DNA of 64,000 nucleotides, taken from assembly GCA_013239625.1 (NCBI GenBank), contig MU056000.1, positions 8,924,970-8,988,969 on the forward strand. The letters run 5' to 3'. Made by a program: the position numbers and the translations under genes. The notes under the pieces were generated by a model. That model was not told where the DNA came from. It worked only from the letters and a program-made list of their open reading frames with translations, and searched no databases. Below are positions 23,831-36,044 of the stretch, one piece after another (the stretch's first letter is position 1; each line of letters starts with the position of its first letter). This DNA comes from Lama guanicoe (Eukaryota).

Positions 23831-26800
23831 GATGAGTGACCAAGATTCCAAAAGCAAAGGTCAATGTTAATATACGTTGGGTTTACAAGTTCTAAAGTCC
23901 AAAAGATACATGGACATAGTCGTTTTTTAATTGAACCGATGGCTGCAGTCACTTCCTCCTATTTTTGGTTCTTGGCATCCATGAATTAATACAGAAGGGT
24001 ATCACAATATTAGCCACAGTACCAAAAAGAATTTGGATTGTTGCTGTTGAATGGGTGTAATTCAGGAGACTTACTAGAGTGTCTCTTAGGATTCTCATGT
24101 TCAATAATAACACCCAAGGGAAAATTGTGTAAATGAAGGACAGCAAATGGCTTATTAGATTATTTAGTTCGGTTCATCACACCAAGCGAAATAAAGGAAA
24201 GGAAGAAAATAAAATGTCTGAGTTACTGGAAAATGTTCAAAGGAAAATGGAACGCCTGTCATCCAACGTGGCCTTCTTCACGTCCGCCGCGGAGGGGCTA
24301 CGGCAGCTGATGTACGCCAGTTACTTGCGTACCATCCTCTCCTTTGCAAACGCCTTACGTGAACAGGGCTAGAGCTGCTCTGTAATTGCTAGAAGGATTT
24401 GAGTATCTTCGGTCTAAAATGTTTGTGACAGATTCTAGCTTTGAGAATCACAAATGGTAATTTAAACTAAAAGTGGGCAACTTATTTTACCTTTGTGATT
24501 TTCCACTGAAGTACATGAGATAAATATGTCCTATATGTAAACATGAAAAATTGTTCAAGTAAATTGAGCTTATGGTAATAATTTAAATTTACTGAATTCA
24601 CAAGGTCTACTTAAGTACTCTGGACTATTTTGCCAATAAACTTTAAAATTTGCCCAGTTAGGCTTTGAAGAGGCTTTAATAATTACGAAGACATTATATT
24701 TAAAAATGCTTTTTTAAATGATTAATGAAATTATATGAAGTCTTAAATGTGATCAAGAACTCAGTCTGTTTCAATTACAGTTCATAGAACATTAGTTGCG
24801 TTTTCCTAGGAAATGTCCTAAAATTATAAATAGAATAAAATAACCTGAATGTCAAGTGCAGAAGAAAAATCAAAACTCATGACTGTACCCTAGAAGGTCC
24901 CATGATGCCAGGATGACTAGTTTCTGGACTAGACTTCCCATTCTCTTGGCGTCTAACCCAGTGTCTTGTCACCTTGGGCCCCCAGTGTGACAGTTCCCTC
25001 TTGCTGTGAGGCTTTATCCTCACATGACTTCCTTTCTTTTATTTGTCTCAGCCTAACAGCTGTCTTCTAAGAGAGGCTTCTCCTAAACCCTAGGTCCCCA
25101 AGCACCCTCTTCCTATCATGATGTCTCCCCCTCTAGAGAACACCAAGCACCAGGTAACGGTGTCTGTTTGGTTTGGCTTCTTGTATACCTCTGCCATGGC
25201 AAGGCACATTTGGGGAGGGTTAGGTTGTGATCCGCCTTCCAGGGCTGTATTTCTAAAGGTTAATCCTTTGATCCTGGATCATAATAGGTGCAGAATTAAC
25301 ACTGGTTAACGAAGGTTAATACCGCCCCCCCCTTTATTAATATCCATCATCTGACTCCAGAATCTGAAGAAAGGGAGCTATGTTGTCTATTGTTTCAAAA
25401 TAAAAGCATTAGGTGATAGTATTAAGCGATACAACTTTATACACCCAGAAGGTTCAATTTCAGTCTACAAAAGCAAAGAACTATTGAAGCGATCAGGAGA
25501 TTTAAAAAAATGCTCAACATTCTCCCTGCCGTCATGGTGTTTTAGAACCTGAGTAAGAAGGCTGACAAGAAATACAGCCAAACTACTGTGTGTCTGTCTC
25601 TTGTGAGTCTGCCAGTGCACTCACTATTAGGATTCTTACTATGTAATCTATAAAATATAACTAATTAGATTTAAAAGGCATTTTGGTGCTGTACAAAACA
25701 ATAAGTAGGTGCCTCTTTTAATCTTCAATGATGACCTTTGATTATTACATGTGTGTTGTAACAGAGAAGTTCATACTCTCATGTTTTTATTCACTTTTGT
25801 GACTTTATTTAGTGATAGGCTAAGCACAATTTAATTCTATAGAACTTAACTCTTGTAAAATTACAACAATCTAAGCCAAGTATAATTTGCTTTGATGATA
25901 AAATCTAGAAAGCCACCAGGAAATAATTTCAATAAGGATCAAATGTTGTGCCCCGTGTCTGCTTAAATCCTTATTATACTGGGAGTTTCTGTAAGGGTTT
26001 TTCATAGGAACCTTTCTGGAGTATCGTCCTCTCATTTCACAATATCAATCAATCATTTCTGAACTATTACTATGATGGTTGCGTTTGGTACTGTCAGAAC
26101 TAAACTCCGAGTGCCAAATAATACTTTCAAAAACACATGATTACTAATTTTACGTTAAACGTGGTGGAAGTAATGGCAGTCAAAGCCCTCCCCCCTTTCC
26201 CCTTATGAATCCAGTCACTTTGAAAAAGAACACAGGCAGCGTCAGGTTTTGGAAAGAGATGGGGTAGCCACTCCATTTCCTCACAGGCTCCTGGTGAGCT
26301 CTGGAGGCTGTTCTTAGTCCCGAAGACAAACTGAAGCTCCCCAGCAAACCATCCTTTCCTTTCTCCCTGGCGCACCTAGATCTTGGCGCCTATTGCTAAG
26401 AAACCATGACATTTCTGTAGTTTGTGATGTATTTGTTTGTAGCCTTCTTGCTTCTATGGCGCACAGGGGAGATACGGGTATGTGTCTGTCTATGTGGGTG
26501 CATGTGGGTGGTTGCATGCATGTATGTGTGTGTGTGACTTATGTCTGAGAATATGAGAAATTAAGAAATAAATAAGGCCCAAGTCAGAAATGTCTTTTTA
26601 CTGTGGTAGTTTCAACCCCTGATGAAGGTGGCCTGGTGGTATCAGGTTCTCCCCAACTTTGCAGTCAGGTTGAAGGAAAAATACCGTATGAGTTGCCTCA
26701 GTGTATGTCCATATTATCACCAGATTGGATCTCATGAATTAGGAATAAAGAACCCCACGGTTATGATTAGGAGCAGCTGGTTTTCACAAGGACTGGCTTA

Positions 26801-28194
26801 AGTTGTAAAATATTTGAAACATTATATATACTTTCTTTATCATTTAACACCAAGTTAAGATGGGACAAAAAATGTCAAAACGTAGAATGTTTTTGTTGTT
26901 TACGAGTGTAGGAAGCACAAAGCAGTGAATATGTGTCTTCTCCATTTTCATGTGAAAAATGAAGTGGAGAGAGTGAATTATTTTCCTCAGCAGGATTGGC
27001 TAGAAATTCTCTGGTTTTATCTCAATATAAAGTTCTCTCTTCAAAGATGTTGCATGGTTATTTTTGCTTCTGCAGTTGTTCTGTGTTTTTTACTTCCTTT
27101 AAAAGGATTGGTAGTATTCATAGGGTTGGTAGTATTTGTAAAATCAAACATTAGAAATGATCTGATCGTTTGTTTAAGAAAATGAAGTATCAGTGGAACC
27201 TTGAAGATTTGTTTGTGTCAAATCACATCATCTCCGGAAAATCAGTAACAATTTTGCCTACCATGAAAGATTTGGCAGCTTGTGGAAATGTCAGATGTCA
27301 GTAAAATTTCATTGACAAGCAAAAGCTTGAATATAGCGAAGAAACCTTTTTACTGTGTAAGGGCTGAAACACTTCTGAGCCTTGCACGTACGTTTGGCTT
27401 TGCTTTGTCGATAAGAAAGAATGTTCCCAGGGAACATGACATGACTTTCTATATCAGCAAGAATTGGCCTCTGCTATGTTTTTGCAAATATCTGACCTCA
27501 AAGAGAGGAAAATGTAATGAATTTAAAATTCATCATGCTGCTAACATCTCAAGGTTTGGAGGCAGAGACGGGGAATCAACTACTTTAAGCACCTGACAAA
27601 ACTTTAAATAATAATTTGTGTTTAAATATGTCTTGTCCTGTTTTTAAGAGAGAGAAAAAGAAAAAAAAAGAAAAGATACTATCAGAACAATTTGACAAGG
27701 AGTTTATCCATGGCTTTTTTTTTTTAACTTGTTGGATATTTTTAGCTATATAAATGAGGAAAATATTTCAAGGCTCAGCAGGTACGACTAGGTATTTTAC
27801 TGGGGGATAAAAAAAAAACTAGACAAACAAAAGAAGCTCTAAACAGTGGTTTGGTCAAACTGCCATTCTTGAAAAGGTTAAAGTCAGAAAATGATGTGAA
27901 CTTTCCAATAGCTAAGGATGAGCTGCTGCAGGCAGGAGTCAATAGCGATAAATCCCTGTAAATTCCTAGGCAGACTGAAGATTTCAGATACTGGAAATTA
28001 CCACAGGATGCGTTCCGAAGGTCACTTTTTGTTTAATGTTATGTTTTAAGGTTTTAATACTTCATTTTATTTAGCCTTTAGTTTATATGAACTATGTATT
28101 CTTTGCTTACTTTGTGTTTTCATGTTTTATTTCTGGTAAAAAAAAAAAGGCATCCTGTCCGTTTTCAGTTATAATATGGTTTACCTTTATGCCT

Positions 28195-28650
28195 TGTGGC
28201 AATAAACAAAGGTCAATCAAGTGAGAAAAGGGAAGGCTGTTTATCCTGAACTTGCTATAGCAAGGGAGTCAGCCGCTGTCACTCGCTTTTTGGCAAAGAC
28301 TCAAAGGCAGGCAGAAGAGTTGGAAAGGTCTATAGTGGAAAAGAGGGATGGTTCCAGACGTGCCCTGATTTGGAGGCTGTTGTCTTTGGGAAGCTGGAGG
28401 CAGGTTCCCTAGAAGTGGGGACAAACTTAGGGAAGCTGACACATCCTGGCTATTTTTGCTAATTGTTGCAGAAGGTGTGTTTAGTTTTCTGGATGGTCGC
28501 TAAACACAGCAGTCTAACCTCCTGCAAACCTGACTTAGGGCAGTTTATTGAAGAGGGGGTTGGTTTCCTGGGACGTTGATACAGGCACGGGTCAAAGTTC
28601 TGTCTTTATTTACAGTCCGGCTGTTGTCCGTTTGGATGCTCTGGCTTTCA
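28195..28650 (-). mobile_element. MER89/MER90/MER110-like ERV1 solo LTR
   Basis: The reverse complement starts tgaaagccagagcatccaaacggacaacagccggactgtaaataaagacagaactttgaccc...cccaggaaaccaacc, typical of this family. Confidence 0.72.
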
Positions 28651-28769
28651 ACTCTCCTGTTGTTTCCAAATCCATGAGGTCCTCAGTTCTCCGATCCCCG
28701 GTGGTTCCTCCAGGCTCACCTCTACCACCATCTTCCTCATTCACCTTGCCCGAGGTGTGAGGGCCTCCC

Positions 28770-29122
28770 CCATCTCAGGCCTCTGTATTTCCTATTTCTT
28801 CTTGTAAAACATTTTTTGCAAAAATATGTACATGGCTGTTTTGTACTCTTTGGTCTGGTCCCTGCCCAAATGTTACTTCTTCAGTAAAGCATTTCCTGAT
28901 CAGCCTGCACAAACCAGCCAGTCTGAATCAGTCTGCTCAGCTCACTGTGTCTCTTCTTATCCATTATTTCAGCTGTTCATTCTTTGTTTGATGTTTGTCT
29001 CTCTCAATAGAATTTAACGGCGCCAAGGATATTAGCTGTTTTGTTCACTGCTATATTCATTCTTCCTAAAATAGTAAAATGTACAAAGTAATTAATCTTA
29101 TATTATCTGAAGAATGAATAAA
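28770..29122 (+). mobile_element. L2a 3' end
   Basis: caaatgttacttcttcagtaaagcatttcctga...ctgttttgttcactgctatat...gaatgaataaa. Confidence 0.75.
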
Positions 29123-29737
29123 ACCTGTATTCCTTGATTTAACAAATTTAGAAAATATTTTTTTCAGCTACCATATGACCTTTGAAAACTTCAGCTTCTT
29201 GTTTCCTTACTTTCCCTTTTGAACATCTTCTCATAATTTTATCTGTTTTATTACCTTTAGTTTTTCTAAATGCAAAGCTTCTATCTCACAATTATACAGA
29301 ATTTAATTTTAAGATCAGAAAAATTCAATGAAATACTGTCAATTAAAAACATTCAGGGATTTTTAAAAAAGAGCATTGATGGCAAGGACTTAGCTCACCC
29401 TTCCCACCAAATTATATTTTGCTTCCAGAATGACAACCATTGTTGTCTTCTGTTGTATAGTGTATAATTGTGTATTCATTTGTACTGGTACTGTATTGAT
29501 CACAGTAAATGGATACTAGTTCTAGAACAAGCAAACTCAAATTATCAGGAACTTGAGATAGTAAAGGTTGATTTTTCGTTAAGTCAAGATCTGATTGACA
29601 CGAATTGGTTCTCCAGAAGCCACCTGTCAGATAATGTATCAATGATCCAGTTCACTGCCATGTTAGACAATGACAAATTCAATGCCATGTGCCCTCTAGG
29701 GTGTCTGCACAAGGAGAAGAGAGACTGTAAATGAGCT

Positions 29738-29811
29738 GAGGTGCTGGGGATTGAACCCAGGACCTTGTGCACGCTAAGCATGTGCTCTACCACTGAGCTA
29801 TACCCTCCCCC
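29738..29811 (-). mobile_element. tRNA-Ala-derived vic-1-type SINE or tRNA pseudogene, without A-tail
   Basis: The minus strand reads GGGGGAGGGTATAGCTCAGTGGTAGAGCACATGCTTAGCGTGCACAAGGTCCTGGGTTCAATCCCCAGCACCTC. It has A and B boxes and AGC at the anticodon position. Confidence 0.9.
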
Positions 29812-30025
29812 TTGGAACATGAAATATTTTCAATAAACTCTTAACAGACACGTATTTTACAAGGCGAAGTATTTTAGTGATATTATGAAATACGTACACA
29901 GTGTTACATATGTTAGAAATGATTGGTAAAAGTGCATTGGAAAGTATGTGGGAAGGAAATGCATCAAAAATATAAACAGGGTCATGCAGAAATAGGTGAT
30001 AATTTTTTCATTAAAATTTCAATTC

Positions 30026-30236
30026 TAAAAATATCATATTTTGGAAATAATTTCTCAGTAAGAAAACACCATGAATTAAAATGGTCTGAGGATAAATGAA
30101 GTAGGCTTTTTTTTTTTTGAAGAAAATCAAAAATAAAAATATATTTTGGAAATAATTTCTCAGTAAGAAAACATCATGAATTAAAATGGTCTGAGGATAA
30201 ATGAAGTAGGCTTTTTTTTTTTTGAAGAAAATCAAA
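30026..30236. repeat. Tandem duplication A (2 copies)
   Basis: 30036-30131 and 30141-30236 match at 95 of 96 positions. With a 3-bp indel the match extends to taaaaat at 30026 and 30134. Confidence 0.97.
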
Positions 30237-30248
30237 GTGTTAAGTCAC

Positions 30249-30464
30249 AGATCTAATACTCTCAAGGTTCCACTTTTTGTGCCCTTTCGGAATTATTTTA
30301 TGGCCATGTATTATGTTTTCTTGCTTAATTACACACCTCACACGACCATTGTTTAGAGATCTAATACTCTCAAGGTTCCACTTTTTGTGCCCCTTCGGAA
30401 TATTTTATGACCATGTATTATGTTTTCTTGCTTAATTACACACCTCACACGACCATTGTTTTAG
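30249..30464. repeat. Tandem duplication B (2 x 108 bp)
   Basis: 30249-30356 and 30357-30464 differ by 2 substitutions and 2 single-base indels. Confidence 0.97.
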
Positions 30465-30859
30465 TTTTGAGGGAAATTAAATTATAAACTCTGGATGAAG
30501 CAGCTGAATCCCAACACCCCTGTTATGTCAAAATTCACTGTAGGAATTAAAGAAAGGTCTCAGGTTCTTTAACTCACTAGGTCTCCATGTGTTTCCAGTA
30601 GAAATCTAACTCACCAGATTTTTACTTTAAGTATGTCTGAAATATTATATACTAAATACTGTTCACAGAGTCACAATTAAACTGCATTTTAATAACTCTG
30701 TGTATATCTGAAATAAAGAAATAAATTTCACCTTGCTTAGACTATCACTTCTCAAATTTATTTTATCACTGCACCATACATGCATATATGCCTGTTGCTC
30801 AGATGCTGTTTGAAGCCTACTGTTTTCTTGTCTGGCCACACAGAAGAGGCAGCACGAGC

Positions 30860-31070
30860 AGTGGTCTGACACGTGCCTGAGTTGGACCTTAGCACTGCTG
30901 GGGTCAATTATGTTACTCTCTTGTGCATCAGTGGCTTCATTTTTAACATAGGAAATAAGGGGGAAAAAACCCTTTCATCCAGGGTTTTATGACATTTAAA
31001 ACTGTAACTTATGAGCGTAGAAGCTCTTAGAGATGCGTGACATAGTGTTACGTAAACTGTTATTATTATT
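30860..31070 (+). mobile_element. MIR
   Basis: cctgagtt...tgcatcagtggcttcatttttaacataggaaataa...agggtt...catagt...tattattatt. Confidence 0.6.
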
Positions 31071-31419
31071 ACTCATGTTTAACCCAATCTTTATGTCTAA
31101 TCATTCTGTCTTTCAGACTCTCCTCTTCTACTAGCTCCTGTTCAAGATGGCTAATAGACAAGAGAAGATGTCACTCATCTGCTCTTGGTGTGAGGGGATT
31201 CCAGGGACCATCTGGTCCTTGATGTCCACTGCCTCCTGTCCTCTGACTTATGACCAGCGTGTTAGCTGTCTAGGCATTCTCCTTCCTTACTGGGCTAATG
31301 TCTGCAATTGGCGGCCTGCTGACACGGTATGTTTTGCTAAGCCATATCTCTATGTGATGCTGGCCTAGGCTGGCCTCCCTGCAGCCTTGTCACCTTGTCA
31401 CCACCTAATTCTCATGATC

Positions 31420-31834
31420 AGTTTTGGACTGAACGTTTAGTTGTGCACCCCCTACCCTCACGTGTGTGCGTGCACACACACACACACATACACACACACA
31501 CACATTCGTATATTGAAATCCAAATCCCTGATGTGAGAGGTAGGTTAAGAGGTGGGACCTTTGGGAGGTGATGAGGGCATGAGGATGGAGCCTCATGAGT
31601 GGGATTAGTGCCCTACAAGAGACCCGGAGAGATCCCTCGCCCCTTCAGTCACACGGGGACACAGTGAGAAGATGGTCATTTATGAACCAGGAAGAGGGTT
31701 GTCACCAGACCCCGAAACCACAGGTGCCTTGATCTCAGATTTCCCAGCCTCCAGAAATGTGAGAAATAAACTTTCGTTGTGTAGGCTGCCTGCTCTACGG
31801 TAGTTTGTTACAGCAGCATGTACAGATGAAGACA
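31420..31834 (+). mobile_element. MLT1A-like MaLR solo LTR containing a (GT)/(CA) microsatellite at 31460-31503
   Basis: tggactgaacgttt...ggtgggacctttgggaggtgat...gggattagtgccct...tatgaaccaggaag...ccagcctccagaaatgtgagaaataaa...gaagaca. Confidence 0.92.
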
Positions 31835-34809
31835 CCTTTTATGCCCCAGTGTGGGAGGTGAGTAAAAGATATTTCGGATTTGCTATTCCTTTCCTCCTCT
31901 CAAGGCAAGAGCTCCACACGTCCATTCTTTGTGTCCTGGAGCAGAGAGATGGAGATGCCGCCACTGTCTTCCGGAGCATCCCCATAACATACAGGTGCAA
32001 AGGGAGGATTTCCCCTTACCTTCTACTCTGTGGTCCCTTGATTTTTCTTGAGAGTTTAGTGATGTGCATGTTGAGAGGGTGTGAGGAGACAGAAGTTATT
32101 ACACTAATAAAACTTACATAGATAAGAATGTACTGTAGACATGGTGTGTCTCTTATACACACATTCATATCACGTGGACAATCACTCCTTTTTCTTCCTT
32201 TATCCTACTCAGCTAACTCTGATCTGAATCAACCCTTTCCACACATGTTAAGAAAAATCAACAAACCTACGTGTGAGCTGTCCCTCAGTTAATCCCTTTA
32301 ACCGATGGAAAAATTGATTTAAAAGTCATATGCAAATTGGGCTCTGGTAAACAGAATGTCAGTTTGAATGTCTGTTACCAATGTTCCAATCCAATGTTTT
32401 CTGTTCTCAGTGAAGGCTCGCCTGTCTCCCCCTACGAGATAAGGACATCCTGAAGATTTTAGAGAAATAGCAAAGCTCACGTGTATTGCTCCGTATCATA
32501 GTCCTTCTCTCATTAGGTGATGATTTCCTTGACTGAAGGAATTGTCACCTTAAGGCAGGTATTTACAGTTTGTCACACAGTCACTGACACGCTGCACATA
32601 TTCTGAAAGTCGTGAATGCATGTTTAGTGGATAGATTGATGGAGTCTCATGCTTATTCTTGAATTTAGCAGGGACCCTCTTCCCCTACCAGATCACGTTT
32701 GGATGAATGAATTCTGTTGATACTTTCAGAGGAACTGGTGCTGTGTTACAGAAAAATTTCAGTTTGCAGGTCACCGTGCTGTTTGAGGATCACGTGTGAA
32801 CACATGGTGGAAATTTGGAATCAACAATCAATAATACTCATGTCTGGAAATAAGCATGGAAACACGCCCTTTCTGCTTCTGGAATTGCCCCTAGAGGTGT
32901 GGTCCCAGGAACATAAAGCTCCAAGCCCGGCAGCCCCTTCCCTGCGGGCGTCCCTGCTGCGGAGCAGCTCCCACCGCAAATGACACCGAACACCAGCTCT
33001 GTTTGCTGTGAAATTTATTTCTTCATGCTTGGCAATTACGAGTAACCTTTGAAGGGAAAGGAAAACACTTATAGCTTGGCAAGTCATGTGTACCATTTCA
33101 GAAATTTCCCCTAAGTTCAAAGAACAAGTAAATATCACTTACGCCTACAGATTTAAAAGTCTCTGCCCAAAAATAAGTGATGAAAGGGGTTTCCTCTTGT
33201 TTTCGTATCACGGATTGTTTTAGAAGGTGTTTCTTTAGGAGAATTTACGACCTCAAATGGCCTTAACTTTTTAGATCCTTGAGAATGCACTGAACTTCAA
33301 GCGTCATTTTCATTTCCTGCAGCAGTAGTGGTTCCAATTTTTTAAATTGGTCAAATCACTTTGGAAAAAAGCAAACCATCCTTCTGATGTGACTAACGCT
33401 CCTAGAGATACTTTAGGTTACGGGGAAATTGAAAAATGCAATTCAGAAAGAAAATGCAATGCCAAAAAGACCGTTCTAGCCTCTCTGGGATGTTAGACTG
33501 AAGGACACTAATGGGAAACACAACCCATTGTTATTTTAAATACTCTTGTTATTTTTAAAATTCAGAGTAGGTACACATAGCAACAGATACTTGTTTCAAA
33601 TTCAGCGTAGAGTGGGAAAAACACATTTAACAGATAAGATATAGAAAAAAATAGCTGATATGTCAGAAACACAAATATTTTTAGAAAATTGACAGGGCAC
33701 CCAAAATAAAGACCCACAATAGAAGTATATCCAGCAAATATAAAACACAGAGAGAAATCCATTCCACTGACTTTCCAGTTCTGTTCCCTGTCAGGCTTAT
33801 GCCCAGGCTTACTCTGGGACAATACAGGCTACCTCTCTCAGGGGCTCCTGCACAGCCTGTAGTTAAGAAATACAAAGAGGTAAATCAGAAGCTGTAAAAA
33901 TGTACTGTATGGGCACAAAGAAGGAAGTCTCAGTTTTTTTCAGCTCCAAACAGAGAGAATATAAGGGGCTTAAATCCTGGTGGAGGACGGGAATTTCATT
34001 TCAAATCATTAGACTCGAAGCCAGTTTCCTTACAAACTTTGTGCTTGTCCCTATGCTTAAAATAACCCACACGACCTAGCATGTGCTCTGTCAGCCAATA
34101 GACTATAATTTAGGGAATGCAAAGAGAGGAAAAGGATCTATTAACAAAAGCATATTGCCACACACGCAGGGGAGTGTTTGTAAGTACAGTGCATCCGCCA
34201 TGCTGTTGTATGTTTGCCTAATTCTCTGTTGTGCTGAGTATTTTCCCTCAAACATCTTAAATATTATAGCACCAGACAGTGATGATGGATGTAATCTTTT
34301 CAAATAGCTTATTAAAATGGTAAAAAACACTTACAGTAGGTGGGTCTTAGCATTTTAACTTACCTTGATAAAATACAAGTTTGCATATATGATTAAAGAA
34401 TGCACTAGTAGCATATACTGGCAAAATGAGCTTTTGCACATCTTCATAATGTTTGCTGTGTGAGTGTGTGAGTTTGTATGTGTGTTTGTGAGAGAGAGAG
34501 GTGTGCTAGTATCTCCGTACCTTAATGGTTTATAGCATAATATGTTATATTCAGGGAATTGCAGCAGGCAAGTAAATCACTAAAGAAGTATTTGATAGTA
34601 TTTACTATAATATTTTTAAAATAACAATTTCATCAATTAGTGAATTATTTCCATAAATCTTATTCATTTGTATGCATTTGCATATATACTATAAACATGT
34701 AAATAAAATAATACTGAATATGAGAAAATTTAAGGTGTATTAGACCAGACTTACTCACTAGTAATTTTGCACATATATGGACTCACTAACATCAAACTAA
34801 TGTTACGAT

Positions 34810-35030
34810 ACAGAGCATGACTGATGCAGCCAGACTACTGAGTTGAGATATAAGCTTTGCCGGTACTAGCAGTGTGGAGAGAATGATCAGATCTGTCTAT
34901 GCCACAGTTTTCTCATCTGCAAAATAGGGTTAGTAACAGTGTCTCTTTCACTGGATTGTTTTGAGAATTAAATGAGCTGATATCTGAAATGTCCTTAGAA
35001 GACTGGCCCTGAATTAGTGTTTTGTTACCT
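34810..35030 (+). mobile_element. MIR
   Basis: gcagccagactactgagttg...gccacagttttctcatctgcaaaataggg...ggattgttttgagaattaaatgag. Confidence 0.85.
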
Positions 35031-35479
35031 GTAATAATGCCCACAATAATACTAATAACTATATATACAATATTGCATTCATTTTAGACATGATTATTAT
35101 TGATTTTGAGTTTAAGAGTTATACTGATTGATTTTTTTCAGTCGTATTAAATATATATGATCAAATTCATGGCTGAAAATTTTCTAATGCAAAATACATA
35201 CTGAATTGCATGAGGAAACAGATTTCTTTACCAGAATGCCATATTAATTCATATACTCATTTGCCATTTCCTTTTCTCTCTAGAAGTTTTCTCAGGAAGT
35301 TATTTGCAAGCCACTGAGCTCTGTAGCAAACATGCGACGTTTCGTTACCTGGTTCCTTTTTGTTGGGCTGTCTGCTTGAAAACGATTATCTTCCAACCTG
35401 GCCCTGATTACCATCTCTATTCTGATCACTCCCGATCTACAGATCCAACTAAGAATGTGACTGAGTTAGCCATAGGGAT

Positions 35480-35565
35480 AGAGGTAGAGATGGGGATAGA
35501 TGGACAGGCGGATATGATAGACCAGATAGATAGATGACAGATAGATAGATAGCTAGATAGATAGA
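35480..35565. repeat. (GATA)n-type tetranucleotide repeat
   Basis: gatagatagatgacagatagatagatagctagatagatag is directly visible. Confidence 0.9.
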
Positions 35566-36044
35566 GAATACGACAGGTGAATAGATGATTTGGAAGTACT
35601 TTAAAGCTAACGTGTTAAAAGTTCAATTCCTCCTTTTTTTTTTCCCCACCCACACTGTGCTCCTCCAGTTGCCCCTCATGGGTTATTGGGACCACACTTC
35701 CGCTGAGACTTGTAACTCAGCCAGTATCGTCATCCTCTCTTCTCTCTCTCTGTCCACGTTCCTTGTTAGTTTGTCCTAATTCCACCTCCTAAGGAATTTT
35801 CAATTTCCCTCTTCCCTCTGACTCCACCGATGTTTCCGTGACTTAAGGGATAATTGTCTCCCTGCTGGTTTGCTAAAAAGACTTTTGGACTATTCTCCCT
35901 ACATTTCCCAGGTTAAAAGCCATTCATAGATCTGTGTTTTCTTCAATAAAATAACGACTTTAACACTCAAACCATTATAGATATGTTGTGCATCATTTTG
36001 ATTACTTTATATATCTCATTAATTATCAATGGAAAAAAATCTTT

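Noticed and set aside
27421..27437. Perfect palindrome atgttccc-a-gggaacat
   Set aside because: 8-bp arms are expected about once by chance in 64 kb, and the spacing fits neither EBF nor STAT consensus.
29738..29811. Functional tRNA-Ala(AGC) gene
   Set aside because: The acceptor stem pairs poorly, the anticodon stem has only 3/5 pairs, and there is a SINE-type 5' G extension with no nearby T-run terminator.
30026..30464. CRISPR-like array, or an inverted relationship between units A and B
   Set aside because: There are only two copies per unit and no repeat-spacer structure. Short matches between A and reverse-complement B (aagaaaaca, aatggtc) are not collinear and are plausible by chance in AT-rich DNA.
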